The notes beneath the pieces are model-generated. The model searched no databases. It was given only the letters and a program-made list of their open reading frames with translations, and had not been told where the DNA came from. This document shows positions 1-10,863 of a DNA stretch of 64,000 nucleotides, one piece after another; the stretch's first letter is position 1; the number at the start of each line of letters is the position of its first letter. This DNA is from Schmidtea polychroa (lineage: Eukaryota): contig CM097885.1 of the NCBI GenBank assembly GCA_044892525.1, positions 52,950,001 through 53,014,000 of the forward strand, given 5' to 3'. The position numbers and the translations under genes were made by a program.

Positions 1-293
1 TGAAATCGTGCAGCATCCCAGTTTCATCGAATCCTTCCAAACAATGCAATTTCATGTTTTTTTATCTTTCAACCAAATAGTAGTGAATCACGAGAAGTTC
101 TTCTATGTTGATACCTGTAAAGTGGAATATCTTAAATGTGAATAACTCTAGTGCGCAATAATTCAATATATTTTTAATTCTTGGATAAAAATCTTGGTTT
201 TCCTTAAAATTACTTCAAGATAAACTAAAAGCACTAATAATAGAATTTTATCCTTGGATACTTTTAAAAATAATTAATAATAGAACTAATTTA

Positions 294-297
<4 letters not shown>

Positions 298-347
<50 letters not shown>
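298..347. repeat. (TA)n microsatellite
   Basis: Directly visible. Confidence 0.95.
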
Positions 348-349
<2 letters not shown>

Positions 350-712
350 ATTTCTGAAATAATATATTCTACACATAGATTATAATTAAGAGATTTCATT
401 CCGAATATTATTAATTTCTGGCTAGAAAATACATTTACACATGACGGATTATATCTTAGAAGAGGCAACCCTTTACATATTTCTGCTTCAACTATACATT
501 TGACTTTGCTTTGTAATTCATATAAATTTATAAATATTTGTATATCGATTGTTACAGTGATTGAATTTGTAAATCATTTATCCACTATTTCAAATTTTCT
601 GTTTTATGGAGTTTTTTTGCATCCCATTACCCGACATTTTCTGGATCTGAAAAATTTTAAATGTTTTCTTGTTCGATCTATAACTTGATGTGGTTTTCCA
701 ATGAAGAAAAAG
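340..712 (-). pseudogene. TBP-like gene copy 1 (degenerate)
   Basis: Pieces GKPHQVIDRTRKHLKFFRSRKCRVMGCKK, NSITVTIDIQIFINLYEL and LLRYNPSCVNVFSSQKLIIFG are colinear with the intact copy at 42068-42505. Confidence 0.75.
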
Positions 713-1754
713 ATTTAAATAATTTATTTACAAAAGTTGCAAGATATTTATCAAGTGCAAGGCCATATAATTCATAATTTAAATTTTCCGGGTTGTCGGT
801 ATAATTAAGTATTATTGATCTGACTCCAAAGCTTGTGTTGTTTAACAACAATAACGAATTCCAAGCAATATAAACTTTTATTGATTAATACAATTGATTG
901 CCAATAATTTAATATTATAAAAATAACTTGAAAAAAAAATAACTCAATAATTTTAATATGTTTTGAATCGTTTCTTCGATAACTTTGTAATTCAACTTGG
1001 GTTTCATTTAATTCTTTCTTCTTTTTTATAACTTCTTTTTGAATTTTTTTCCTTTTTCAACCCATGTCTCCATTTCTTTCTTTTTAACTAATGTCTTTTG
1101 GAAATTCTGTCTGTTGATTCAAATTGGGTTTCCATTTATAGTCTGCAATCTAATGACACTTATTGGTATTGAATTTCGTTTAGAGTCATTTTTTCCCGTA
1201 CGTTCCCTTTGGTCATCTCAATTTATTTTATTATCTTTGACAGCTGTCGAGATATATAATTTTTAGAAGGCACCATCTCTCATTTTCCGGTAATTCCTTC
1301 CCTTTATCTCGAAAAATCCTTCGAGATTTGCAAATTTAATTTCAATTTTGTTTTTGATTTTTCCTTTCTTCCCTTTTTATTTTTCAATTAAGAGTGAACT
1401 TGTCCTATTTCATTGTTTTGTTTTTTCCAATTCTTTGCAAAAGTGAATTAAAATATAAAAAGATCAAAAACGATAAAAAGATGGTTGTTAAAGCGATGAT
1501 GGGTGTTGAATGATAGGATTTGAAGTTGCGGGTATTTGCGGTACTAATTTTAACACATTGACGGACAGATGGAAAATTATATATGGCTATATGACGGCTA
1601 TAGATGCAAGTGTCCGTCAACGTGTTAAATAACATGTCAATGACGTTTGCTTCATAGAGCCTCTCTTTCTCTGTCGAAGAATTTCAGTGTAGCATGTGAT
1701 GTCGTTTAGCAATCTTTTGCCAAATTTCGAACTTCTCTCCAAGTTATTGTCAAT

Positions 1755-2400
1755 TTATTTAAATCCTTTCACAACTGTATGCAGTAGGCCTACATAATGC
1801 TTTAATTCTTTTGTCATTGTCATTATAATCATCAACAGCAGATTGAGTAAAAGTAAATCTTCATCTGCTAAAGATTCATCTAGAGATGCTAGTAATTCCG
1901 TTATAACTTCAAGAGCAACTTCAAGTTCTAACTCTCTTGCCATATTTACCACCTCTGTTTTTACATTAGGCGTATCAACTCCAAAGCTTTCAAAGTCATC
2001 CATAGGGTTTCGAATCAATATTTTCCAAACTATTTTGATTCTTCATGATTTGACCTCATCTCACGAATCACGAATGTTCTTTATAGCATCTAAAATATTG
2101 AATCTTTCCAGAAGTCCTTCAGTTTATTTTTCGTGGTTCATTGGGATCGGCATCACTGTTAAGTGCAGCAATAGCCTTTGTAAATGTTTGGCGTAAATAA
2201 TACGCTTTAAAAGACGAGATTACTCCTTGGTCCATGGGCTGTAGAATTGATGAAGTGTTAGGAGGAAGAAAAATAACTTTAATCTCCTTGTACATTTCCA
2301 TTATAACTCTTTGGTGGCCAGGAGCGTTATCATTAAGTAACAGAATATTAAAGGGAAAATTGTGTTCTAAACAGTAGGCCTAGACACTAGGCTTAAAATA
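1755..2400 (-). pseudogene. pogo/Tigger-type (DDE_1) transposase remnant
   Basis: IKVIFLPPNTSSILQPMDQGVISSFKAYYLR is the DDE_1 signature; downstream ORF pieces are frameshifted. Confidence 0.85.
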
Positions 2401-2785
2401 CTTGGTAAAATTATGTTGATTAAAACCAATTCGTGATTTAATAACTCTGTCATATAATACCTAATTATATTTATCATGAGCTTTAAAGATTTTTGCATAT
2501 AAATATTAGGGATGTTTGGATGTAAACATTATAAGTATAAGTATATACCTCGGCCTACCAAAAGTCTCCAGTCAGACAGTTATTTACATATTGCAGTCTA
2601 TAATGAACAGCAATGGGAAAAAATGTCACAAACACACACGAATACTAAATGTCTATAGTGCTGAGATAGTTATTAATTCATAATTGTTTCTGTAATAAAA
2701 GGCTTCATTGCGCAGTATCTGCCATAGAAACCATGAAAATGTAATGCGCGACGAATGGTGGACATGTTGGTATGCACAGGGCCAG

Positions 2786-3102
2786 AGTAGTGAGGAATCT
2801 ATGCACCCCAGCACCCCCACCCTAAAAAAAAACAGCGCTATTGACCCATATTTTCCACATTTATATGCTTTTTTACCCCATATTCTTCACTTTTTTTAAC
2901 TTTAAAACTTTGTCCCCTATTGCCATTAACCCTTAATTTCCTCCCTTAAAAGTAAAAAAGTTCGGAATAGATGTATTTATAGATTAGTAATTCCGAGAAA
3001 AGGTAACGGGGTGCATAGATTCCTCACTACTTGGTCTTAAGGATTTAATGTTATAAGAATATCAGATTACCTAATTCATAATGATCTAGGTCGCCTGATC
3101 AC
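2786..3102 (+). repeat. Pol-A left TIR
   Basis: Reverse complement of 16708-17023 apart from a few substitutions and homopolymer-length differences. Confidence 0.95.
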
Positions 3103-3447
3103 CTTAAGGTTTTGAAAGTTTTAAAAATAAAAAATTTTATGAAATAGTAAAACTGCTCTGAGAGGACAGTGGTTTTTTTTTTTTTTTTTTTTCACTGTCC
3201 TCTCAACAGTTTTTTTTTTGATCCGGATCATTTTTTTTTATTCAACCTCTTTCGTTTATCAAATCTCTTCCAATATACAAGCTGGCCAGACTCATACATC
3301 AGAATCAATTCGATAATAGCAGCACACCTCATTATTCGCTTCTCGCTCGAATACGATTTCATCGGCGTTTTAAGTGTGCTGCTCGAAAGTACAAATGAAT
3401 TCGAAAGCGAATCCGAAAGAGGTCTGAAAACAACTGAGAAATAAATG

Positions 3448-3521
3448 TGCACATTACCGGGATCGATCCGGGGGTGTTCGAAAGACAGGTGGCGATAATT
3501 ACCGGTTCGCCACCATCACCC
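3448..3521 (-). ncRNA. tRNA-derived Pol III-like unit 1 (tRNA-Gly-like, degenerate)
   Basis: Minus strand has A-box-like TGGCGAACCGG, T-arm-like CCGG-ATCGATC-CCGG and a 3' end ...TAATGTGCA resembling tRNA-Gly. Confidence 0.4.
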
Positions 3522-3677
3522 GTTTCAATATTTTTTTTTTCATATTTATGTTTAAAAAATAATTAATTAATAAAAAAATAAAATAAAATAAAATAAATAA
3601 AATAAAATATACAAGTACTTTATAAATATAAGATACCCACACTATTTTCAATATTATTTTATGTTGAAAAAAAAACT

Positions 3678-3750
3678 AACCACAGTTAGGATTTGAACCA
3701 CTATCCATTTGAACCACTGTGCCAGTCTATTCCCACTGCGCCATCAAGGT
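3678..3750 (-). ncRNA. tRNA-derived Pol III-like unit 2
   Basis: A box TGGCGCAGTGG and B box GGTTCAAATCC, followed by an oligo-T run on the minus strand. Confidence 0.55.
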
Positions 3751-3997
3751 TTGAATTTTTGTCATTTTTTAGACTATAAATAATCGATTCAAGTTCTTTA
3801 ACTCTTTCCTGTAATTGTTTCATTTTCTTCAATCTTATATCAGCAACATCTACAGCCTTCATATAAAAATGTCGATACTTTTCATTATCTACCATCAACT
3901 CTTTGATGTATTCTAATGGTTCTTCTTCTCTTCTTTTCATTCTCTTATGTTTAACTTCATTCAATTCATTTCTCATTCTTTCTTTTAACTCATCCAT
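3701..3997 (-). CDS. Pol-A small charged coiled-coil protein, unknown function
   Basis: 98-aa ATG ORF in AAAATG context like other Pol-A genes; heptad-like K/E/L pattern. Confidence 0.55.
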   Translation of the reverse strand: MDELKERMRNELNEVKHKRMKRREEEPLEYIKELMVDNEKYRHFYMKAVDVADIRLKKMKQLQERVKELESIIYSLKNDKNSNLDGAVGIDWHSGSNG

Positions 3998-4162
3998 TTT
4001 TATAAATATTTTTTTTATTGGATATATTAATTTTTGGTAGTTAAAACGTTTTTGATCTTAAATTTCCAAGAGTTGCCGTTGACCAATCTCCTTAAAAATT
4101 TGTACAAGTACTAAATCGAGTATGCTGATCAATATTTCGTTAAAAAAAATTTGAAAAAAAAT

Positions 4163-4234
4163 GACCGAAATGGGATTTGAACCCATTGATATTGGCAATG
4201 CAGTCGAGTGCTATTACCACTAAGCTATTAGAGC
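4163..4234 (-). ncRNA. tRNA-derived Pol III-like unit 3 (tRNA-Cys-GCA-like, stems broken)
   Basis: TAGCTTAGTGGTAATAGCACTCGACTGCA...ATGGG-TTCAAAT-CCCAT then a T-run. T-arm is perfect; anticodon and acceptor stems do not pair. Confidence 0.65.
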
Positions 4235-4404
4235 TAGACTCAATATAAAATAAGTTGTTAATGTGTGACTATTTATTGATGAAATTAATAATTAATTATT
4301 CATTTTCTCGACAACTACCACTCAGATCCATCTGAAAATTTAAATATATACTAAAATCAGTACGCTGAATCAGATTCCGTTGAAAAAAAATATCGAAAAA
4401 AATT

Positions 4405-4477
4405 GACCAAAATCGAAAATTGAACCCGGTACTCCCGGTGATAAAATTGAAGCCTATTCCCACTCCGCTATAATGGC
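4405..4477 (-). ncRNA. tRNA-derived Pol III-like unit 4
   Basis: A box TAGCGGAGTGG, B-box-like GGGTTCAATT and a T-run; lies in a diverged ~240-bp tandem duplicate of the unit 3 region. Confidence 0.5.
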
Positions 4478-4533
4478 TTACATAATATATTTAATTAATC
4501 CTATTTTGTGTGTGTAAATTTTAATATATAAAA

Positions 4534-5826
4534 ATGAATAACATAAATCTTAAAATTCAAGAAAAAAATAAATTAAATCTTGATTATAATAAAGAATTTA
4601 CTCATGAAATTAAAAAAAATGATATTTTAAAAATCTCTCCAACTTCAGGATCTATTGCAAACTTAAATCGTAGGGGTGATATAGTTTTTCAATCTCTTCA
4701 AACATCAAACCCAATAGATATTTGTAATGCCAAATTATATTACAAAGTAGAATTAGAAATTGAAGCAAACAAAGATATAACCCTAGAAAATAATTTCTTT
4801 CCAAATTTATTCTCCAACATGAGATTAAAACTAGGATCATCAGAAATTGAAACTGTTTTGCATCCGGGAGTAATTTCTACAATGTTAAATTTTATTTTGA
4901 CTGGTTGTGATTATAAAAACGAATATGGTGAATTAACAGGTTGGATTCCTGATGTTAATAAAGGGGATTTAGATAAAGATGGTTTAGATGTAAACCATGG
5001 TTACCATAAAAGAGCTGAACTTTATAAATCTAAAAAATTTGAAGGTTATTTTGAATTAAAACACTTGTTTGGATTCCTTCAAAACTATAATCGTATACTT
5101 CATAATGTTTTTATAGAATTCATCTGTAATAGAGTAGAAGGTGATAAAAGATTGTTCTATGGAGCTGTAGATACAAAAGCTAAATTAAAATTATCAACAC
5201 TTGAATTACATATACCTGAATGGACATTAAACCCACATTCTGAGATTAAACTCCTTGAAAGATTAAATTCCAACAAGTCTATAAATGTAAATTATTTAAA
5301 TAGAATCTGTAGTGAATTTAGTATGACAGAGGGTTCAACATATTCTATAAAGGTAGCAAATTTAGCATACCGACCAAGATATATCTTGATTGGATTCAAA
5401 GAAACAGATTCATCTTTCCAAAAAAATAACAATCTATTTATTCAAAAGATTGGAGATGATAATTTAAAAACAATACAAATTCAATTAAATAGTTCTTATT
5501 ATCCAATAAATAGAATGGAATTTAATATTGAAAATAATGAAAACATATTCCCATATCTAAATTATATTGAAACATGTTATGATTTCAAAGTTGAACCGCA
5601 ATTAAGTTTAGAAGATTTCAAAAATTTATATTCTATATTTTGTATAAATGTATCAGACCAAGATGATCGATTAGCCATAAATAATGTTGATGTTACACTT
5701 CATGTAACAAAGGATTCTAATTTTAAAGCTAAAGTATATACATTAATATTAGAAGAAAAGAAAATAGAAATGAAATTATATGGTGGAAAGATTTCAATAA
5801 TCGAAAATGTTAGGGGAGATTCTTAA
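4534..5826 (+). CDS. Pol-A major capsid protein (double jelly-roll)
   Basis: Intact 430-aa ORF with Polinton MCP-like motifs (LENNFFPNLFS, LKHLFGF, RPRYILIGF, YSIFCINVS); size and context fit. Confidence 0.85.
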   Translation: MNNINLKIQEKNKLNLDYNKEFTHEIKKNDILKISPTSGSIANLNRRGDIVFQSLQTSNPIDICNAKLYYKVELEIEANKDITLENNFFPNLFSNMRLKLGSSEIETVLHPGVISTMLNFILTGCDYKNEYGELTGWIPDVNKGDLDKDGLDVNHGYHKRAELYKSKKFEGYFELKHLFGFLQNYNRILHNVFIEFICNRVEGDKRLFYGAVDTKAKLKLSTLELHIPEWTLNPHSEIKLLERLNSNKSINVNYLNRICSEFSMTEGSTYSIKVANLAYRPRYILIGFKETDSSFQKNNNLFIQKIGDDNLKTIQIQLNSSYYPINRMEFNIENNENIFPYLNYIETCYDFKVEPQLSLEDFKNLYSIFCINVSDQDDRLAINNVDVTLHVTKDSNFKAKVYTLILEEKKIEMKLYGGKISIIENVRGDS

Positions 5827-5855
5827 TATAATCCCTGATATTTTAACATTTTAAA

Positions 5856-7240
5856 ATGTCTCTAAATAAATATTGGAGATGTGAAACTTGTAATTGTCAA
5901 GTTACAAGACATCATAAAGCAAGTCATTTAAAAACTAAAAAACATACAGGAGGCGATCTACAATCTTCAAAAACAACATCTTCAATATTAAAACCTTTTA
6001 CTACAGAAAAATATCCAGGTGAAAGACATTTATTTAAACACAACTACACCGGACCAGGAACAAGATTAGATATTAGATTAGATGAAAATAATAATCCCAA
6101 ACAAGGAGAAGAACCAATAAATAGAATTGATCAAGCAGCTTTAAAACATGACATTGCATACAATTCAACAAATCTTAGAGATAGACATGTTGCAGATGTG
6201 AATTTAATACATGATTTAAATAGTATCCAAAATCCATCAACCCAAGAAAAGATTCAAAGAGCTCTAGTTAAATTAGCAATGAAAGGTAAGATTTTCATAG
6301 GCTTAGGACACAGTCCGATCACCATGGGTGCAAGACTTCCTAGAATAGCAAAAGATGTTGCTTATAAAAAGATTATCGAACAAGCAGACATTGAAAGATC
6401 CCTTGAGAATATATCCAAGACTAGTTTACAAACCCCAACAGAATCAGAAATAAAATATGCAAAGGAATTACACCATGAATTTAGAAAAAATAAAAAATAT
6501 TTAAAAGTTCAAGTACATGAAAATGATCAAACATGGTCTGCAGATTTAGTCTTTATGCCCAAATCATCAGACCCTGAAAAATATAAAATAATTTTAACTG
6601 TAATAGATTTATATACAAGATTTGCTTTTGCAAGATGTTTAGAAAATAAAACAGGATATTCTATTACAGAAGCATTTGAAAATATATTTGAAGAAAATCA
6701 AAGAATCCCAAAATATTTATGGTGTGATAAAGGAACAGAATTTTATAACAAAGTTTTTACAAAGTTTTTAAATGAAAATGATATTAAATTATATTCAACA
6801 GAAAACGAAGGAAAAGCAGTCGTAGTTGAAAGATTAAATAGAACATTAAAAAATAAAATGTGGAAATATTTTACTGCTATTGGAAAACAAAAATGGAACA
6901 ATGAATTGTTACAAAAGATTGTAAATGAATATAATAATGATGTACATAGTTCTATAAAATTAACACCTTTAAATGCTTCCATGAAGCCTGAAACCATTAA
7001 AGTGGTAAATATTGAAAATGATGTTATTGAAAAACCAAAGTTTAAAATTGGTGACCGAGTAAGAATATTTAAATATAAAAATAAATTTGAAAAAGGATTC
7101 ACAGCAAAATGGACAAATGAAATTTTTATTATAAATAAAATACATTATACAACTCCAATAACATATAGCATCATTGATTTAAATAATGAAAAAATATTAG
7201 GTAGATTTATAATAATGAACTACAGAAAACAGATTTTTAA
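5856..7240 (+). CDS. Pol-A retroviral-type integrase with N-terminal C2H2 finger and parvovirus-like PLA2 domain
   Basis: CETC..HLKTKKH; NYTGPGT...IDQAALKHDIAY (PLA2); WSADL, WCDKGTEF, VERLNRTLK (DDE); KFKIGDRVRI. A frameshift near 7207 restores GRFYNNELQKTDF* ending at 7240. Confidence 0.92.
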
Positions 7241-7251
7241 GTCGACAAGCC

Positions 7252-8043
7252 CTAAAACAAACTTTTCCATATTTCACCTTCTTCTCTATCCAAATAAATA
7301 TAATTATATTTTTCTTTCCAATGATTATCAACAAACATATCAAACATTTGCTTATCAGGTTCAACATTTGAAAATAAATCATTATAAATCATATTCTTAT
7401 CACGGCGATCTAATTTAAAAAATATAAAACAATTGGAATTATTTCTTATTGAATTTTTATCTAAAGCATAATATGTTTGAGATATATAAATAACATTACA
7501 ATTATTATGTCGACCTCGTGTAAAGTAACTCTTTTGAATCTATTGATTTTTCATATTAACAACATCATCAAATATAACTAGATTCTTTTTATCTTTAGGA
7601 AGTAAATCACAATGTAAAACATCTTCAGGTTTATTAGAGAATAAAACTTGAATTGCCTCCTGCTCTTCTTCACAAATATAATCATTTTTATTATTAATAT
7701 CTGATTCTAAAATCTTTTCCTTATACCAATCAACCATATCACAAGGCTGAAAAACTTCTTCAGGACACCTATGTTGATTTTTAAAAATATCAATTATTGC
7801 TTTTTAAGTTAATTTATTTTCAAATCCACATTTCAAAAGTTGTAATTCTGGTTGATTTATGGTTGTAGAATAAAAGATTAAATTATTATAATCTAAAAAA
7901 TCATCTTCAAGTAACATTCTCAAAACAAGTACATTCTTTCCACATCCAGAAGAACCAACAATTAATAATCTAAAATTATCAGGAAATAACTTATTATTAA
8001 ATTTACTTTTGTGTCGAGTTAAAATTGGTTTCCAAGTAGACAT
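7252..8043 (-). pseudogene. Pol-A A32/FtsK-like packaging ATPase (frame breaks near 7804 and 7540)
   Basis: Walker A IVGSSGCGKN, Walker B LVIFDDV, then RGRHNNCNVIYISQ and IRNNSN in a later segment. Confidence 0.9.
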
Positions 8044-8058
8044 ATTATTTATTATAAA

Positions 8059-8637
8059 ATGACAACTGAAGAATCTCTGCAAGAATTAATAAATTCAAAT
8101 AAAAATAAATCAGTAGTAATTGATGGTAAAAAATATTTTATTGGAAAACATGTAAAAGAACAAGTTAGAGCGAAGCTCCACGAAGCTAAAGAAGGTGGCA
8201 TTCTTCCATTAGCTGCTTTAATACCTGCAATCATTGCTGGTTTATCAGGTGCTGCTGGAATAGCTGGAGGAATTGCAACTACAGTTCAAAAAGCTAAAGA
8301 ATCTCAAAAGACAGACTTAGAAAAAGAAAAACTACAAACTGAAATCGATTCAATGAAGAAGGTAGGGCAAGCTAAAGGGGGAGTGTCCGTTGGAAAGGGT
8401 CTCTATCTTAATCCATATGAGGGGAGTCGGCAAAAGTCTCAGGGCAAAGGTCTCTATCTTGATCCTTATAAAGGTAGAGGTTTAAATGATTTTTTAAAAA
8501 ATCAAATTTCTACATCTGAATCTTTATCTTCAAAAGATAAAGAAGATTTAAAAAAAATATGTAAATCTTTAAAGAATGGATGCCTTTGTAAAACTAAAAA
8601 TGGTAAAGGATTATACTTGAAGCCCTTCGGACTATGA
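8059..8637 (+). CDS. Pol-A virion core/cement precursor with protease-site-like GxG repeats
   Basis: EGGILPLAALIPAIIAG hydrophobic segment and three GKGLYL(N/D/K)P repeats, typical of Polinton/adenovirus pX-like core proteins. Confidence 0.7.
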   Translation: MTTEESLQELINSNKNKSVVIDGKKYFIGKHVKEQVRAKLHEAKEGGILPLAALIPAIIAGLSGAAGIAGGIATTVQKAKESQKTDLEKEKLQTEIDSMKKVGQAKGGVSVGKGLYLNPYEGSRQKSQGKGLYLDPYKGRGLNDFLKNQISTSESLSSKDKEDLKKICKSLKNGCLCKTKNGKGLYLKPFGL

Positions 8638-8659
8638 TACCATTTTTGATACCATTAAA

Positions 8660-9541
8660 ATGGTATATGAAGAAAGATTAGCACTTTTAAAAAAATTACA
8701 ATCAGAACAAGATAAATATAATAAAAAAGATACAACTCAACATGCTGAATCTATAATATCAAATGAGGTAATAACACAACAACAGGGGCCAACAATTAAA
8801 GCTATAAAAGAGTTGGAAGATTTCAATGAGCAAGCAAAATTTAAAGAGTTAGAAGATAAAAAACAAAAAATAAAAGAACTAGAGTGGCAGGATAAAGAAA
8901 AAGAATCCAGTGAAAACCATTCTGAAAGAAATCAAAGAAAACGCAGAAGAATTTCTAATGTGGAAGAAGAAGAAATGTTTTTAAAAACAAAAGCTCTTAA
9001 AGTTGATCCTAAAATTAGAGATGATTTACCTCCTTCAATTAGACCCACATTTAATACTAATACTGAAGGATATCAAATAATAACAATTAATAAACAAAAC
9101 TTTACTTTATATTCAAATTCAGAAAATAAATCACGTATTCATTCACAAAATGTTTATAATAATGAATATTTAGACTTTGAATTTACAGATGATTTTTATA
9201 GATTACTTTGTGGATATTCTTCAGATGATGTTGAAGAAATTAAAAAATATTTAAATTTAATAAGATTAATAAGAGCTAGTTCTAAAGCAAAATATATTCA
9301 AGATTTAAAGAATTATTTAAATAAAAATGAAAAGGGTTATGTTGTTACAGAGGGAGAGGGATTAATTAGTGAAGGTGGTAAACCAAATCCCATCAATCTT
9401 TTTATTGAATTAAGAAAACTATTAGCTGCAAGGAAAGCAGGACATAATAATTTAGATTCTGATATTTTAAAGATTTCTAAAAATTTGTTAAAACAAGGAA
9501 TAATTTCAAAAGATAAATTTAATAAGTATACGAAGTTATAA
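8660..9541 (+). CDS. Pol-A conserved hypothetical (likely structural) protein
   Basis: 293-aa intact ORF; C-terminal GEGL...LLAARKAGHNN...LLKQGIIS motif resembles Polinton proteins. Confidence 0.65.
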   Translation: MVYEERLALLKKLQSEQDKYNKKDTTQHAESIISNEVITQQQGPTIKAIKELEDFNEQAKFKELEDKKQKIKELEWQDKEKESSENHSERNQRKRRRISNVEEEEMFLKTKALKVDPKIRDDLPPSIRPTFNTNTEGYQIITINKQNFTLYSNSENKSRIHSQNVYNNEYLDFEFTDDFYRLLCGYSSDDVEEIKKYLNLIRLIRASSKAKYIQDLKNYLNKNEKGYVVTEGEGLISEGGKPNPINLFIELRKLLAARKAGHNNLDSDILKISKNLLKQGIISKDKFNKYTKL

Positions 9542-9563
9542 ATACGAAGTTTTAAAATACAAA

Positions 9564-10028
9564 ATGACTCCTTCAATATTAGATTTTTTAAAAACATTTG
9601 GAATAAATGCAAAAACAAATTTTGATTTAAAAGATTATGCAAATTATTTAAATTTAAAAATTAAAATATTAATGAATGATGAATTATCAAGTCTGGAGAG
9701 TCCCCTGAATATAATAATCAATTATCAAAATTCAAATGAAAAAGGATCTCATTGGGTTTGTATATATAAGAAATCTAGCTACTTTGATTCTTTTGGGATT
9801 AAACCTACTAAAGAAGTTGAAGATTATCTCTTGAGGGGTTCTCCGATTGATTCCCCAAATGGTTATACTTTTAACTCTTTACAAGTTCAACCTTTGAATA
9901 CTAAAATATGTGGTATTTTAAGTTTATATGTTTTGTATAGATTGAATAAGGGAGAGGGAAAGGGGCATACGCAGGATTTTGAATCTATAATTCAAGAAAT
10001 TTATAATGATCTAGAATCTCTACTATAA
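9564..10028 (+). CDS. Pol-A adenain-like cysteine protease
   Basis: GSHWVCI, YFDSFG and QVQP...ICG give the His/Asp/Gln/Cys catalytic set. Confidence 0.92.
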   Translation: MTPSILDFLKTFGINAKTNFDLKDYANYLNLKIKILMNDELSSLESPLNIIINYQNSNEKGSHWVCIYKKSSYFDSFGIKPTKEVEDYLLRGSPIDSPNGYTFNSLQVQPLNTKICGILSLYVLYRLNKGEGKGHTQDFESIIQEIYNDLESLL

Positions 10029-10076
10029 GGATTTTTACTATAAGGATTTTTACTATATGAATTTACTACTAAAGAA

Positions 10077-10839
10077 ATGGAGCTTCACAACCCTCCGGAA
10101 GATAATTTAAAAAAAATGGTAAACATAATGTCAGATAAATATTCAAGAACTTTATCTATAAATTCAAAAGAATCAGAGTTTACTATAAACTTTCAAGATT
10201 CAATTAAATTAGATCAAAATTTAAATTATGAATTGGGGCTATTATGGTTTTGTGCTTATAATACTATTTTTAATATAACTAAAGATAATAATAAATTTAC
10301 TATTCAAACTCGTGATGGGCATAAACCAGAAATTATAACAATAGAACCTGGGGCATGAGATAAAAGATTTAAATGATATACTTTCTAAAAAAACAAATGA
10401 AGGTATTAAAATTAAAATGGATATACCAACTTCAAAATGTGTAATGACTTTGAAGAATATAAAAATTAGTTTTTTAGATAATTGTTTCTTTCACACAGTT
10501 TTAGGATTTAAACCTATGGATATAACAATAAAAGAAGATAAAATAATAACATCAGAACATATTATAAAAATAATAAATACAAACACAATAAATATTCATT
10601 GCGATTGTATAACAGGTTCTTATAATAATGGTAAACAAACAAATGTTTTATATTCCTTTCCCTCAAACACAGTTCCTATGGGATATAAAATAGTTGAAAG
10701 AATGAATCCTCCAAATTATTTACCTTTATGTAGAAAATATATAATGGATATTAATTTTAAAATTCTTAATCAAGAAGGAGAATTGATTGATTTTAATGGA
10801 GAAGAGATTTCAATGTATTTACATTTGAAACAGGTTTGA
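10077..10839 (+). pseudogene. Pol-A minor capsid protein (penton), broken near 10358
   Basis: FTINFQDSIKL..YELGL, IEPG, INIHCDCITGSY, LYSFP, LIDFNGEEISMYLHLK. Confidence 0.8.
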
Positions 10840-10863
10840 AGATTCATTTTAAATTATTAATAA

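Larger units (their letters stand above)
1..800. mobile_element. R0: heavily decayed remnant of a Pol-B-family Maverick/Polinton, inverted relative to Pol-B
   Basis: Minus strand holds a TBP-like pseudogene followed by YLEVIL..FYPRIKNI, resembling ORF 42578-42991. Plus strand ~700-750 reads NEEKDLNNLFTKVARY, matching ATPase ANKEKDFNNLFTKIS in Pol-D. Confidence 0.65.

Noticed and set aside
4163..4234. Functional tRNA-Cys gene
   Set aside because: Acceptor and anticodon stems do not pair; kept only as a tRNA-derived unit.
6743..7102. Antisense ORFs over core genes (also 9337-9642, 10872-11192, 38867-39304, 42100-42468)
   Set aside because: Shadow frames of real genes on the opposite strand, with no motifs of their own.
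7241..7418. Long C-terminal extension of the Pol-A integrase in the ORF track
   Set aside because: Result of a frameshift near 7207; it is antisense to the ATPase 3' end.
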